Source: the human T2T-CHM13v2.0 reference genome, Homo sapiens
Assembly (NCBI RefSeq): GCF_009914755.1
Contig: NC_060928.1
Length of the DNA: 64,000 nt
Direction: 5' to 3' (one strand)
Part shown: one piece after another, positions 33,055 to 49,302 of the stretch
How positions within the stretch are numbered: position 1 is the first letter of the stretch
Layout: each line of letters starts with the position of its first letter
The notes under the pieces: generated by a model
The model's input: only the letters and a program-made list of their open reading frames with translations
Databases searched by the model: none
What the model was told of the DNA's origin: nothing
Program-made: the position numbers and the translations under genes

Positions 33055-33510
33055 GACTGTTCATCATTTTTTTGGCTGCTTGACACCTACTCCCCCTCTT
33101 TCCTTCCTTTTGTGGGGGACATCCTCAGTGCATGTGTTTTGATGGGACGCCAAGTCCTACTTCTCACTTCAAAAGCCAGAGGAGGCCAGATACTCCCTCT
33201 CCTCATTCTTGGCAGATAGACTGCAGACAGGTGTCCTAGGCTTAACCAAACAAAATGTTTCCACACAAAAACTTAGATTTGTGAGGAAAGGACACATGGA
33301 AAAGGAGGCAGCGTAGAACTCAGCCTCAGCAGCAGCACCCAGCGGCAGCACATTTCTTAGACCATCTTGGCCATCTGACCCAGCTCTCCCAGTTTCTGCC
33401 CAAACCCTTATTCTCATTTTCTAGATTTTAGATCAATTTTTTAAAGTTACCCAATATCCTTCCCATAAGTTTTTTTTTTTCTATTAGATATGGTCTGTTT
33501 CCATTGTCAT
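33055..33510 (+). mobile_element. Old ERVL/MaLR-like LTR
   Basis: LTR-like 3' end (ccaatatccttcccataagtttttt...ggtctgtttccattg); subfamily not determined. Confidence 0.45.
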
Positions 33511-33574
33511 ATAATTTCAAAATTTCAAAACTTCTCTTCTGTCATCAATGTCTCCTGTGTATAACAAGCATCAT

Positions 33575-33800
33575 CCAGTAGTGAGTAGCCACGACTCTGG
33601 AATAAATCCCTGCTGGGCTTTTCCCCTAGCTCTCCTCCTTACTAGCTGTGTAATCGTATGCAAGCCACTCACACACTGTGCCTCAGTTTCCACATCTGCA
33701 AAATATGGGTCATAACATTAACCCATGTCATGGTGGTGTACGAATAAATGAGATAATATAAAGGGCTTACCACAGGGCTTGACACCTAGTAACCATGAAT
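33575..33800 (+). mobile_element. MIR
   Basis: cttactagctgtgtaatc...ctgtgcctcagtttccacatctgcaaaatatggg...aaatgagataatatat. Confidence 0.85.
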
Positions 33801-34539
33801 GTTGGGGGTGATTATGATAGTGGGATGACAAGAGTAATGTAGGTGTCTCCTAAATAAGCCATGATCTCTGTCCTTAGCACTTTGGGACCTAAGTGAAGAG
33901 GCAAGAGGCATACATGTGAAATATTCCATAAGTAGAAAAGAATGGCATAGCATGCTTGCAGATGACACAAATGTGAGTCTAAAACCTGTTGTCATGTCAG
34001 TTCATAAAATGCTCTTTTTTCAACCAGCCATATTTATGCCACTGAAATATTAGGCCATACCCTACAGCCATGAAAAGTTTTCAGAGTCCAACTGAGAACT
34101 TCTGACAGGCTAAGATCAAAAGAGAAAACTAGAAAAAGGCATTCATTTCAAGCCTGGGCAGCATCAAAAATCCAAAAGCACTCCCCAGGAACATGAGTCT
34201 GTTTCCATGTGCCCTAGGGATTCTAGTCAGGCATATGGAGACCCAAGGCAGGATAAAATTAAAATATGACCCCACAGGATCCTCCCTGGGGAACGTGGGA
34301 AATAATTCCCCTGGATGAAGAGTTAACTCCAAAAGGAGTCTCTTCCGTAGAGCAGACAATGCTGTAGAATTCTTGGACCTGTTCTCACAGCAAAAGTCTG
34401 AATTATGTATCTTTTAAATTCTAAGCATGAGTTGTGTGGTGTAGCATCTATCAATCTTCTTCAAAATGTATCCATCCCCCACTTATCTAAAACAATTACT
34501 TATAGGAATTCAATTTCAGGATCATCTAGTACATTGCTT

Positions 34540-34960
34540 TTGGGGATTCAATTTCATCTTTTCACTCTAAATTCCCAGTTGTTCCAGCACCATTTTTTAC
34601 AAAAGACCATCCTACCCTGTGGCCCTGCAGAGCCACTTCTGAAATAAATCAAGTGTCCACACGTGCAAGTGCTTCTGGGCTCTCTTCTGTTCCATTGATT
34701 GATCTGTCTATTCCCACACCAGCAATGCCCTATCTTAATTGCTATGCTTTTATTATTAGCCTTCTTATCTGGTAGCTCAAGTCTCCTCACCTTGTCCTTC
34801 TTTCAAACATCTCAATTATTCTTAGCTGTCTACATGTTTATGTGTATTTTAGAATCAGCTTGTCAAATTCTACCCAAAAAAATCTGCTGAGATTTTTCTT
34901 GGGATTGCATTGCATCTAAAGATCAGTTTAGGGCAGCATTAGCATCTTTACAATATTGAA
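34540..34960 (-). mobile_element. L1M fragment
   Basis: cagttgttccagcaccatttt...tctgttccattgatt...ttttagaatcagcttgtcaa...ttgggattgcattg. Confidence 0.85.
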
Positions 34961-36748
34961 AACTAGAGTGAACAGACCTCAGCTTGGATGCAGGCGGGGG
35001 GAGATTTAACACTAAATTTTCTAAGTTTGGACAATTACAGGAGGGTGGGGATCCTGTTTACTGAAACAAGACAGTGTGTATGACTTAAAGAAATCATAAA
35101 ACTTATTTCATAAAGAAAACATAAAACTTATATCATAAGCGGTAGTACTGGTTCAACATACCAGTATCATTCAGCACTAACATATACTTTTCTCTTTTTT
35201 AGATACTTATATATATATTGTTAGATATATCACACATCTTTTGTTAGATATATTCCTAGTCATCTTCTTTTATATTTTCTTATTCCTTATATTATTGTAT
35301 ATAGGAATACTCCTGAGTTTTTATGTTAATCTTATATATTGTAAAAATCATCTTATAATTAGTTGATATATTTTCTCGGAATTCTCTATGCAGATAATAA
35401 CATCAGTCCCAGTTAAATCTCTTCCAGGACTTGTAATGGCGTTTCAGGATTCTTGTCCCATGAGGACATAGGGATATCATGATTCTAGCCTCAAAGCCCA
35501 CAGATGGCCTGAATCAGTTTTTGGTCACCTGGCTCTAAGTTCCCAGACTCCATGGGCCTTCAGCCTTCTTTACATACAGAAGCTGAATTCTTAGCCATCA
35601 CTTTCTGCTTTCAGACCATCCCAAGCCGAATGCCCAATAAGCCTAAGGCTTTGGTTCCAATGAACATTTAAAAAATTTCTGTCCTATTTGTATTCCACAG
35701 AGAGGAAGGTGTTCATTTGAAGCCTGGATACATATTTTTGTTTCATATTTTAATATTTACCTGCCATTGTTATTTGTTTATAAAGAAGGGAATGCATCAA
35801 GGTATAAACCACCTGTGCCACTTTGTCAGAAGTTAATACAACCACCCTTACTATCTCTCGACTATGGGAAATGTTTTGAACAAATACTGTGTGCAAAATA
35901 ATTAGCATGAAGTTCTAAGAGATCATAAAACAAATCATTTTAAAAAGATGATGTTAGCTATTTTGTCTAAAGAGCAACTTGAATAGTCCATCTTTTTACA
36001 TATTCTCCTGGAGGCTGCAACATGGATTATATCTTATCTTTATATTCCTAGAGTCAGGCATGCAATAATGCTAAAGACTCTCAGCTTATCTACAACTATG
36101 ATTTGTCAATTTAATTTTAAAAAATTAAAATAAAAACTCAGTGGTGTGCTGGTTGTCTTAAAACAAGCCACATAACTTTCAGTGCCTCATTTTCTTTATC
36201 AGGCAAAAGTTGTGTTGTAATAACAACTATTTCAAATAAACCATGATGACATATAAGTTGGGAGGAAATAATAGGAGTTAAAGGTCTTACATTGTTCAGT
36301 AAGAGAGTAAAGGTCCTAATTTGTTTTAGACTTTAAGTTAAATACGCATGTTAAAATAGGCCAGGTGAACACTAAAAGAATAGGCACAAATAATAAAATT
36401 TTCAGGATAATGGAGTAATAGAATGAAAAAAAAAAAGATGAGAAAAAGACAGAAAATCTCAATCAATCCAACAGCTGTGCCCCAGATCCAGTCCTAACCC
36501 TTCTCCACTAGGATCTGTGCCCTTCAAGCCTAATCTTGCATGGACCACAGACTGAGGTTCCTTTGCTTCTGGAGTGAGCTCAGCCATCCAATAGGAGAAA
36601 GGATAAGAAAGCAGAGAGAAGAAAGGGAGGGAAAGCAGGGTGTCTACTCCCTAGCTCCATTTTACAGGGCCTTCAGCTTCTAGAGGGAAGGGTCTACAGA
36701 TCTCTCTCTCTATATATATACACCTGGTTCCAGTAACTGCTACCTTCC

Positions 36749-37538
<790 letters not shown>

Positions 37539-37930
37539 CTCCCCTCACTAGGCTCCTGCAGTGGCCTCGCTGCTCTCACTGGCTCCAGGCCACCTTCTAT
37601 CTCTTGTGGTTTTCCTACACTTTGTCCATGCCTTCATATATAGTCACTAAACAACAATCTACAAATTGCCAAATTACCCAGTTTCAGAGTTCATCAGTTT
37701 CATGCCAGAACCTTGACCAATGCAGAAAGCAAAAGAAAAAAGGAAAAAAGAAACACAAAAATCTTGACAAAGAGAAAGTGCATATGATGATAGATGAAGA
37801 TAGTCAATCCAAATATCAGTCATAGACATGGATAAACGTCATGAAGTAAAACTGAGCAAAATAAATCAAGTTACAGAGAATACATACAAAATTATATGTT
37901 TACATGAAATTCAAAAACTGGCAAATAATG

Positions 37931-38210
37931 GGCTGGGCATGATGGCTCATGCCTGTAATCCCAATACTTTGGGAGGCTGAGGGGAGATGATTGCTTGAGA
38001 CCAACCTGGACAATAGAGTAAGACCCTGTCACTACAGAAAATTTTAAAAATATAGCCAAGCATGGAGGTGTGCACCTATAGCCCCAGCTCCTTGCGGGGC
38101 TGAGGTGGGAGGATCGCTTGAGCCTGGGAGGTGGATATTGCAGTGAGGTGTGATTGTGCCACAGCACTATAGTTTGGGTGAGAGAGTGAGACCCTGTCTC
38201 AGAAAAAAAA
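37931..38210 (+). mobile_element. AluJ
   Basis: Diverged dimer with J-type right arm; small left-arm deletion. Confidence 0.9.
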
Positions 38211-38479
38211 TAAGTCACTGGCAAAAATAATACAATATATTGTTTAAATTATACATATTGAAGTAGTAAATTTGATGAGAAAGATTAATACAAAATTTAG
38301 AATTATAGCTTATAGCTATAAAGGTGGAATACAGAAAATTTCCAAGGTGTTGGTTTCTTAAGCTGGGTAAAGGGTACATGAGTGTTTTTTTTATTATAAC
38401 TAACCTGTACCTATATGTATTCTGTGTACTCTTATGAAGATAATGTGCTTCCCAATAAAAATTGTAAGGTTAAAAAGTG

Positions 38480-38990
38480 AGTTAACATTATCAGTGATAA
38501 GCCATGTTGATAGCATGTACTTCTGATATGATGTGATGAAAATGGTATTTTACCTCTGTGGTCTTCTTTCCCCATAATTTATCAGCCCAGTCAAATCCTG
38601 AGAAAAATGTAGGACAAACCCCAAATTAAGGGACATTTTACAAAATACCTGATGAGTAATCATCAAAACTACCAAAGTCATCAAAACCAAGGAAAGTCTG
38701 GGAAACTGTCACAGACCAGAGGAACCCAGGGAGACACGCTGCATAAAGGTAACGTGGTGTCCTGAATGGGATCTCGCAATGGAGAAAGGACAAGAGGGAA
38801 AACTAGGGATATTAAGAATGGAGTTCAATCCATAGTAATGCACCAAGGTTTGTTTCTTTGTTTTGACAAATGCACCATGGAAATATACGAGGTTAACAAT
38901 AGGGAAAACTAGATGAGGGGTACACAGAGAATCTGTACTATCCTTGCAATTCTTCTGTAAATCTAAAACAATTCTAAAAAAATTATAAAA
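38480..38990 (+). mobile_element. L1MC/MD-type 3' end
   Basis: atgttgatagcatgtac...gggacattttacaaaatacctg...gtcatcaaaaccaaggaaagtctg...ttctgtaaatctaaaacaattctaaaa. Confidence 0.8.
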
Positions 38991-39093
38991 CTTATTAGAA
39001 GCAAAAACAAAGCTAACTTTTTAAGATTGATCAGCAAATTCTCAGTCATCACAGTTACTATGCCAGATAACATTTAAAAATTACAGAAATTAT

Positions 39094-39415
<322 letters not shown>

Positions 39416-40504
39416 TTAGAAATAATGAATACCTCTGGCCAATAAAAAAAGGGTACAGATTTTATATCCTCTCATTTACCTCCTAACAAAATAATCCAAA
39501 TTGTACCTACCAGCTACCAAAAATTAAAACCAATAAACTAGATTAGCATCTGAAGGTTTTATAGAGGACTTGTTACACAAATGTTAAATGCAAGCTGCAA
39601 AAATTTATCTTGTTGTTAGTGCCAGTATTATTTGAGTCTGAGCTTGATGAGAAACCTGAAATAGGCTCAGTGACAGCAAAAAGTGAAGGTCAAGGCAGAG
39701 TGGAAAGTAGGATAGCTAAGTGTTGAAGGCATACAATATAATCATATATAACATCGTGATAAACATCCTTATTCACAAACTTTGTAAACCTCTCTGCTTC
39801 TTTTGCTAAATTCCCCAAAGTAGAAACAATGCTGGGTCAAAGCATAACCTTCTTTACTGCTCTCTGTAGGGAAATCCTGTCAGGGGGTTCCCCAAAGACT
39901 GAACTAACCTGCCCTCTACCTTCATGTTATTTTTCCCACAGTAATGCTCAATTGATAAATCTCACTCCTAGTTTTAATGTTTTTATCAATAATAAGGCTG
40001 AATTTTTAAAATTGTATTGGTCCTTTGTGTGTCTTTCAACAAATTATTATATCACTTACACTGCCCATTTTTCTTAAAAATATTAAGTAGCTCTTTATAG
40101 CTTATTATCTATACTATATGTTGTAAGTACTTTTTTCCATCATGATTGCTTGATTTCTAATTTGGGATGCAGTGTTTCTGATTAATTAAATGTTAGATTT
40201 GACTGCATGAAAAGCTATTATTTTCTTTTATTACTGCTTTTCCCTGTGTTTTCATGTTAAAAAATACCTCGTGATACTCTCAATATCAGAAAATGTGTCA
40301 CCTATATTTCAACCACATTACTGTATGGTTTATTTAAAAATCCTTTATCCAGAAATTTATTTTGGAGTATGTGATGTGATATATACATATACAATAAACA
40401 TATACTGTAAACATGTATTTGGCTCGTATACATGAAGTAGGAACCAGCATGTCCAGATTTTTATTTGGGCTAAAATTTGTATAAATCAGAAAGGATTCTT
40501 TTAC

Positions 40505-40848
40505 TGTTTTATGGTTCAATATGGTAGCTAGTAGCCACACTTGGTTACTAAGTGCTTGAAATGTGGCTGTATTACAATGCACATGGAGGTATATTGTAAG
40601 TATAAAATACACAGGGGATTTCAAAACTTAATTTGAAAACAAAGTATGTAAAATATCTCAATAATGTCTTCCATCGATTACATGTTGAAATAATAAGATT
40701 TGGGATATATTCTTTAAATAACATATAGTATTACAATTAATTTCATCTGTTTCCTCTTCCTTCTTTTGGTGTGGGTACTGGAAAATTTTAAATCATGTAT
40801 CTGGCTCACATCGGTGGCTCACACTACATTTCTTCCGGACAGTGCTGA
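40505..40848. mobile_element. MER33/MER3-like hAT-Charlie fossil
   Basis: caatatggtagctagtagccacac...gcttgaaatgtggct...ggacagtgctg. Confidence 0.8.
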
Positions 40849-40899
40849 TTTAGTTCCTGCATTCAAGTTAGGCCTCCTTGGCTCCTTTTCAGTTTAGCC

Positions 40900-41068
40900 C
40901 CTTGCTACTCAAAGTGTGAGCCCTAGACCAGCCTTAGACAGTTCACCCAGGAGCTTATTAAAAATGCAGAATCTCAGGTCCCACTCCTGAACTATTAAAT
41001 CAGAATCTGTACTTTAAGGAGACACCTCCAAGTGACTCCTTTGCACAATAAAATGAGAACCACTGCTT
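40900..41068. mobile_element. MER5A
   Basis: ctactcaaagtgtg...aaatgcagaatctcaggtcccac...gagaaccactg. Confidence 0.85.
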
Positions 41069-41627
41069 CCATCAATAAACGTCCAAAACTTGGCCATCTC
41101 ACTCCTACCACTAACCACTCTCATGATGAAAAAAGGATGGGAAACATAAATTCAGTGACAGGGAAGGGAAGGCAGCGACTACTGAAAGCCTAAAACAAAA
41201 CAAGCCCAATCTAGGCTTTCTTTGGGTAGAGAGAACTCCCTAGATTACTCCAAAATCAGGTAATTCAACAAAACAAAGACCTTTGCTTATTGGGTTTATG
41301 TTTTTAATCAAGAAATATAAATACTATATGTATTTTATAGGTTTCTTTGGAGGGGAAATCTTTTAGAATCTATACAACCAATTTGTGCTATGGCCCCTGA
41401 CATTTTTTCCATTCCTGCAAATAAACTTTGATTTTGAGTAACATATTCGTTGAATCTGGCTTACTTTGTTCTTCCTTGACTGACTTACAGTACCTCTTTC
41501 AACTTTTCTCTAAAATAATATGTTTTTAAATCATTATATATAAGGAAAACTGAAAAAGTATTCTTTAGTCTCCTACATAGAAACACACTATTCCAAAAAT
41601 TCTTTTTTCTTAGAGGCTAAACAGTTA

Positions 41628-41820
<193 letters not shown>

Positions 41821-42179
41821 AATTACTCCTCTCAGTCCCCCTGTATACTTCCTCACTGTCAGTCACCCTCCTTAAGGAGGTTAGAGTAACAAGACATTTG
41901 CCCCTAAAATCATCTTGCCAGGTAAACCTAATCAAATGGTCATCCTCTGCCTGCCCTACCTAATACCAAACACTGAAATGGCACAAGGTATGGTGAAAAG
42001 TGCAAAGGAGACAGGGCTGAGTCTGGCCCATTTTGAGTGATAATAAAGAGCTTGGAAGGCTAAATGTGAATCTCTAGTAGGACAATGGCAAGCGATGCCC
42101 AAGAGACTGTAGAGGCCAGGCCACTAATTTCTGGCTTTCCATTCTGTTAAGTGGATCTTCTTGTCTAATCATGAGCCAA

Positions 42180-43500
42180 CAGTTCGCTATTTTCATTACT
42201 TTAATTTTAGGGTAGCTTTAATATCTGGTTGTACAGGCATACTCTTACAATTCTTTTTCAAGATTTTCTTGGTTATTCTCACCTACATTTTTTGTTCTTG
42301 CAGAACTTTAGGATAATCTTGCCAAGTTTAATTTCCCATGGGTTTTGACTAGATTTGCGCTAACATCGGTAAACTTATATTGAATCATTCAATTCACGAA
42401 CATGTTACAACTCTCCATTTATTCAGGTCTTCTTTTATGTACCTCCATAAAATTTAATAGTTCTCTTTCCAAAAGTCCTGCACATTTCCTAGTCGCTTTA
42501 TTCCTAAGTTGTCTATATTTCTGTTGTTATAGCAGATGTAATCATTTTTAAATTTTTTTCCTTTTACTTAATTATGCAGCAATACATGAATACAAAGTCA
42601 TTACAAAACATTACAGAAGAGTAAAACCAAACACTCTGGTCATTAATCCTACAAACCCTCACTCTTCCCACCAAAGGGGACATCTATAAAGAGTTGGGCT
42701 CATGTCCATCAAGACAATTTTCCATGCCCCTTAACTATTGTTGAGTTTGTGGCTTTGTTATGTTTTGCATAAACAAGATTGTACTATGTATTTTCTTTAT
42801 GACTTTTCATACAGAAGTGTTGTCTTAGAAAAGTTTCCAGGTGCATAGATATGGCTATACCTGTAGTTGCATATTATGCTATTATAAGAATTTGACAATA
42901 CATTTAATACATTTCCCTACTAATGGACATTTAAGTCACCAGAGGCTTTTCACACTGAAAGCACTACTTCACCAAACATACATATACATAGATTTATATA
43001 CATATTTATGCCAGTATTTTTGTAGGTGAGATTTATAAAGATGGGAGTTCTGGGTCAACATATGAGCATTTTAAGAAATTGAAAGCTACTATCAAATTGC
43101 CCTGAAAGAAGGATTTACCACCTGTGCCAACATTCTGAAAAAGTCCATTTTCCCATACCGTTTATATTTTACATTTTCACTCTTAATTTTTGGCAATTTG
43201 CCAAAATGTTATGAAATACTTGTTTTTTAGTTAATATTACACTGAAGAACTGAGGAAGATATTTATATTTGCATTGGCTATATCAATATTTTCTCCTACA
43301 GTCTGTCTTTTCCTAGCTCCTCTTTGATAAGCTATGAATTTTCTCCTTAATCCCATGAATCTGCTCAAGGAGCTCTATTTTATTATGAATATGGATTTCT
43401 TGTCTGTTATATATGCATTCCATACTGTCATTTTCTTTTTAACTTTGTGCTGTCCCTTGTCAACAGAATTTTTTCATTTTATATAGTTAAATCTGAGCTT
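42180..43500 (-). mobile_element. Old L1ME fragments
   Basis: tctccatttattcaggtcttcttt...atggacatttaag...tgggtcaaca...caaattgccct. Confidence 0.7.
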
Positions 43501-45789
43501 TACAAAATATGTGCTTTATTAACAAAATGTTAAGTAACAAAATCCAGAGGTGTATCTAGTAACTATTATAATTTCAAAGTAGTTATGACCACAAACAATA
43601 TTTCAAGATATCTGCAACAACCATAATGCTCTACGAAAATAGCTAGTATTTCTACTGTTGACAAAATCCAGGTCCTGCTAATACTACTGAGGTTTGCCAC
43701 ATTGTAATTAAAGGAAACAGTAAATTTTAGATGTGGTTAATTGATAATAAAGATGTGGTTGTTTTCCCATTCAATTTTGCAAACTCCTTGGTCCAAAGTC
43801 ATCTATTTATTGAATTCTTTCCTAACCACCTTCTGGCAAAGTTAACTATTCTTCCTCTGTGATCCCACATCTGTCTACACTTGTACTCACAGAATGCTCT
43901 GTGCCAAGTGCTTCACTTTCCTTATCTCATTTCCCTCAAAAGACAGCTCCTGGAGGAAAGGACTAGAGTGAGACGAAGCTGATGGAGCCAGTGCCCTGCC
44001 TTAGAACCCTGGCATACACGGCCTAGCATGAGTTATAAAGAGGCTGATGTACTAAAAAAGTGTACGATTGATGGTTAGCAAACAAATGAAACTGTACTTG
44101 CAATGCACAATTGGAATTTATGTTCAAAATCTGTCTATAGTCCCACTGTGCTGGTGGCTCACATTTTATTGTGGTGCTGATCTTCTATTCTTCTATCAGC
44201 GATTCTCAACCTTGTTTTGAAATTATTGTCCCTCAAAAGAGCCTTTTTTGGGCATTTTTTCCTAATTGCCCGCATGAAATTTTAATATTACAGACTATAA
44301 TATACATGTATAGCTATTCATGTACCATGACCCTTTGGAGGGCCAAAAACCATTGTCATAATTTTTTTTTATTTCCCCAAACCAAGTTTTGCCCCTGCTA
44401 ACAATTCATAGACCAAAATGAAATTCTAAGAAAGATGAGTATATCTGTATTCTATTTTAATGAGACATCAAAATCATAAGCCATTGTGTTTCTTACACAG
44501 AAAAAATGTTATGTTGTACCCTTCTTATCCCTACAGGCTAAGAAGTTGTAAGACCAAAGAACACAGTATTAAAGAAGATATAAAGAGAGGCATTTAAAAA
44601 AATCACAATTGAACCCTACACTCCTTGCCACATAACTCAGACTCTTTCAGTTTCACCAAATAATGTCTTTCACATGTTTATTACTCCATATGTCATTAGA
44701 GAAAATACAGGATGCCTGGAGTTATAATGTGCAAAAGGCATACACATATATCTCACCAGTAAGTTGAGAGTTACTATGACGTCTCTTTGAACTTTGCCAG
44801 CATTTTAGAAAAATGACTCAAACTTTTGCTGGCATGGGCAAAAATAAAGCAGAGTCACAGCACTGACAGTCCTTTGATATTAGATTGTTGTTAAAAGAAA
44901 GGATGCAAAGTCTTTGCTGGAATCATGTACTAAAATAGAACGGAAAGCCTCATTGACTTAAAAGCTAAATGGAAATTGGTTTGGTCATATTTTAAAACTG
45001 TAGCCAAAATATCTTCAATATGATAATACAGTATGTTCAAAAGATTTCTGCATCAACTGTAGCAACCTGTTGAGTCTTTGAGAGCAAAAAAGATAACATT
45101 CTGAATCAGCATTTTGGGAAGCAAAGGGATTACACAGTTCATGAATTAATTAAACAGAGTAAATAATGTTCTTTTTCCCCAACCTTCTTAAATCAAATAC
45201 ATGTAAAGTCTATTTTTTAAAAGCACACAGTATGCAAAATATTTGTCATAAAATAAAAGTAAACTGAAAATTGGTAAAGCTCTTTGTATTTGCAGTGATG
45301 ATTGCTGGCAAATAGGATAACATAAATAAAAGTTTTTCAGAAAAGTTTTTTCCTATTTTCATTGTGAAAACTCCTCTTGTACCAGAACATTCTTTCCCTG
45401 AATTAAAAAAAAAACTATAACACAACATTTATCAGTTAGCAAAACTCAATTTAATATAGTTTAAAACTATTAAATTTGTACTGAATGAGCTACGTCACCA
45501 CTTATTAGACTTTTTTTTTAACTTGAAAGTCTCAGTGTTTATAAAGCACTTCTTGTTTTATAAAAACAGCTATTTATTAATAAACATAAATGTACACATA
45601 TGACCAATAAGCTCTTGTGGTTGAAAGGTTTGAGGAGGGAAAAAGACATAAACCGGGGCCACAGTCGATTGCATCCAGGTAATATTCTGGTGAGTGATAT
45701 CACTGGGAAGAACTGAGCTTTGTTTTGCCTCTATCTTCAATAACCATTGGGTAAGTCAATGGGTAAATTTTGTTTACCACTAAACCAAA

Positions 45790-48700
45790 GTCTCCTTCAT
45801 AACCTCATCAAATATACCATACTCATCCCCTACTCCAAACATCATTATATCATCGTCATCTGGGTGACCTTTCAGCCTTGTTACCGCTGGTGACAAAATT
45901 TAGTGGGCAGGTACACAGAATTCAACTTGCTCCCAGTCAGACCACCACTTATCCTTCCTAACTCATGGTGCCCCATTTTACTGCCTAAATGAGTCATCCC
46001 AAGGAGGCTACAATCTTCTGATCATCTGTCTCCCCTACGTGACTTTCAGGGCAGACCTTACTATCATTCCTCCACCTTGTTGACCTCAATTCCCATAAAA
46101 ATGTAGAGTCTCAATCCCTAGACTCTCTTACCCTACATGGCTCTGTATATCCTGTAACTGACTCAAACATGCCCTTCCTGAATCCCCCAAACCCCTTGAC
46201 TGTACCTTGAATAATCCAGGTCTATGACCTCAGGAAAATCCCCTATGTTCTCACCCTCTTCTCTGAATATTCTCTTCACTTTTTTGCTGTCACTGAAAAG
46301 TGGACACCCCCCCCCCCCCCACACACACACACACACCAGGACATTGCTTACGTTGACACCTTCTTGTGTAGCAGCTGTTATTTTTCCCCCACATCCCTAC
46401 TGCCAGTGGGCTGGAAGAGAGGTGTATATCCTCTTTGCTGCTTCCAAGCTATTTCTCTTTCCTCCTTCTTGGAATCCATAATCCCTTTAAGGCACATGTC
46501 ATCAGAGACACAAGCTACCTCTCCTTATAATTATCTACTGTATTCCTGAGGATTCCCCACTTATTGTTAGAAGATTTTGCTATGGTTCCCTGTCTTTCTC
46601 TTGGTCACTAGTTTTCTTATCTGCATAGATAACTCATCCAGAACCCTGGTGCCAAGGTCCATGCCCTCCTCATGCAAAAAACTCCTGTCTCCCAGTCCTC
46701 CTCAGACACACACCCCTCTGCTCATGCCCTGTCATCATGAATGCCAATAACTGCACCATCTACACACACCCCAAACTCAACTTTCCCTTTCTTTGACCAC
46801 CTCCTCCCCTCTGTCCAGCCTACTCACTCCAGTATCCACTCCAACCACCTCCAACAACCACCACTGCCTCATGCCCTCACTTCCTTCTTATATTATTTAA
46901 ATTCCATGGTCCACTGTTAAAGTCACCCCCATGCCCAAACCCTTACTTCCATCGCTCCTAAGTTAGTTAAACCCAACTCTTCACCTATTAGATATTTCTC
47001 TAGACCAATACGGCTAAACAAAAAAACAGTTACACTGGCTCATCTCCCTTAAAACTTACTAACACAACCTCAAGTGACAATCGAAGCTACCTGGAAAATA
47101 AAATAAACTACCACTCAAGGCTGTGGTAAAATAAATTTCTCTCCTGAGTGGACATTTTCATTCTCACATACACATTGTGGAATGCTCTCTCTTCAAAAGG
47201 CTCTATTCCCTCTACCACCTGCACTCTGAGATGACTGTCAATCCTGTTTCTCTTATTTCCCTGAGAACACAAAAGGTAACCAGAAGAGAACTTCCATATT
47301 TTCCCACCCACAAACTACCATCCCCACTGCAAACATACCCACAGACTACACCTTTCCCATAGAAATGGATTAATTGTACCCTCTCCACTAGGGCTCTGGG
47401 CCCCATCCCATCTCACCTACTCCAGGACTCTGCACCTGCAATTATTACATATCATAGGCATCATCAATTGTTCCCTTTCTCAGGATCATTCTTTCAGTAT
47501 ACAACATGCTGTTAGTTCTCAAAAAATCTCCACTGAGACCACACAGTTCTCCAGCTACACCACCCTCCCCATTCTGCTATCCAAATGAATCATGGAAAGT
47601 GAGGAGTGTCTTCTTCTCTTTATATTCCACTCCATTAAAACTGCTTGTCAAGATCACCAATGAGCTGCTCACTGCTTGTGGCCCATTCTTAGCCCTCATT
47701 TGTATCCAGCTTTCATTTGACAGAATTGATCACTTGCTGATTCTTGAAAACATTTCATTCTCTTTGCTTCCAGGATCCAGTGTTCTCCTGATTCCTCTCC
47801 TCCCTGCCCAGCTGCTTTTTCTCAGCCTCCTTGCTTCCTCCTTCTGTTTTGGGATGGACTTCTGCATGGCCCAGCCCATGGGCCTCTTTCCTATTTACAT
47901 TCAACGCACTGGTGATGGGGCCCAAACTAATGGTTTTGATACCATCTGCTAGCTGATGACCCTCAAATTCATATCTCCAACTCAAACCTCTTCTGAATTT
48001 CAGAATTGTATATCCAATTCTGATATATATTCAGATGTATATATCCAACAATGTATGCCTAGCTGTTATCTCACTTGGATATTTTTTAGGTATCTCAAAA
48101 TTAACATACCCCCAAATCAACTCCAAACTTCTTCCCCTAAACCTCTTCCCCCAGGTGCCTGCATTTTCATTCACCCTATTACTCAGGCCAAAATTCACAC
48201 AGACAGTCTGTCTGGCATTGCCCTCATCCAGTTCATCAGCCAATCTTGTCTTCTCCACAATGAGAACATATCCTGAATCTGATTTCTTCTCCCCACTTCC
48301 ACCTCCACTTCTACCACCCTGGGCTGAGCCAGCACCACCTTGCACCTGCATTACTGCAACAGCCTCTTCACGGCTCTCCCTGCTTGGAATCATGCTGTAT
48401 CACCCCCAGCACCACCCTCACAACACCATCCCACCACACAGCTCCAGGTGATCTTCTCAAAGGATAAATCAGATCATGTCACTTTGCTGGTTTCAAAAGC
48501 CTTCACTCACTTTCCTCCACACTCAGGATAAGATGCAAAGTTGTTGCTGTGGCCTACAAGGCAGGCCTCATATTGGCTGGCCCCTGACCATCTCTCCACA
48601 TCTCTTCCACGCGCCCCGTTCATTCCTCATTTAGCTCCAGCCACAGTGCCCTCCTGGAGTTCTGCAAACCCAGCCAGCAGGCTACCACCTCAGAGTGTTT

Positions 48701-49060
48701 GCGCTTTACTTGCTGTCTTTTCTACCTAGACGACTGGTCCCACACAGTTGGGCATGGCAGCTGGCACCTCACCACACTCAGGTCTTGGACCAATGGTTAC
48801 CTCTTTAGACAGGCCTTCCTGACCACCTTATCTGAAAGAGCAATGGCTGTCACTCCGTCTCCTCACCCTGCTTTAATTCTACTCATACATTTGTCACTAT
48901 GCACCATGAGTTGTTACTTCTTCATTATCTTTCTCTCCCACTAGACTGGCTCCCTTAAGGCAGAGATATTGGCCCACAGTGTTATCTTTAGGGCTTAGAA
49001 TCGAGTCTGGAACCTAGTAAAGCCTCCATAAATAAATATTTCCTGAATGAATTAATTCAT
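45790..49060 (+). mobile_element. Long (~3.2 kb) L2 remnant with 3' end
   Basis: Pyrimidine-rich L2 body (cttgtcaagatcaccaatga, tgctgatgaccctcaaat-like, aaatcagatcatgtcact) ending aaatattt...tgaatgaat. Confidence 0.85.
46307..46336. repeat. C14 homopolymer followed by (AC)n
   Basis: Read directly. Confidence 0.9.
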
Positions 49061-49302
49061 AAATCAATCTTGTCTTCATGCTCTGAGAAAACTAACCTTA
49101 TTGAACAGGAAATCAATTTCTTCAGGGCATTTAACAAAGGAGGCAATTTCCCAGGTCACTTATGCAAGTAACCGAAGGAAACTGTTTTGTTTTGTTCTTA
49201 ACGTATAATTCGTTCTTCTTGCTCCTCCAAGCACCTCCTAGAAAAGCCTCAAATAGTTGGTTGTTCTAAGTGCACCTCCCCTTACAACGAAAGCATAGGC
49301 CA

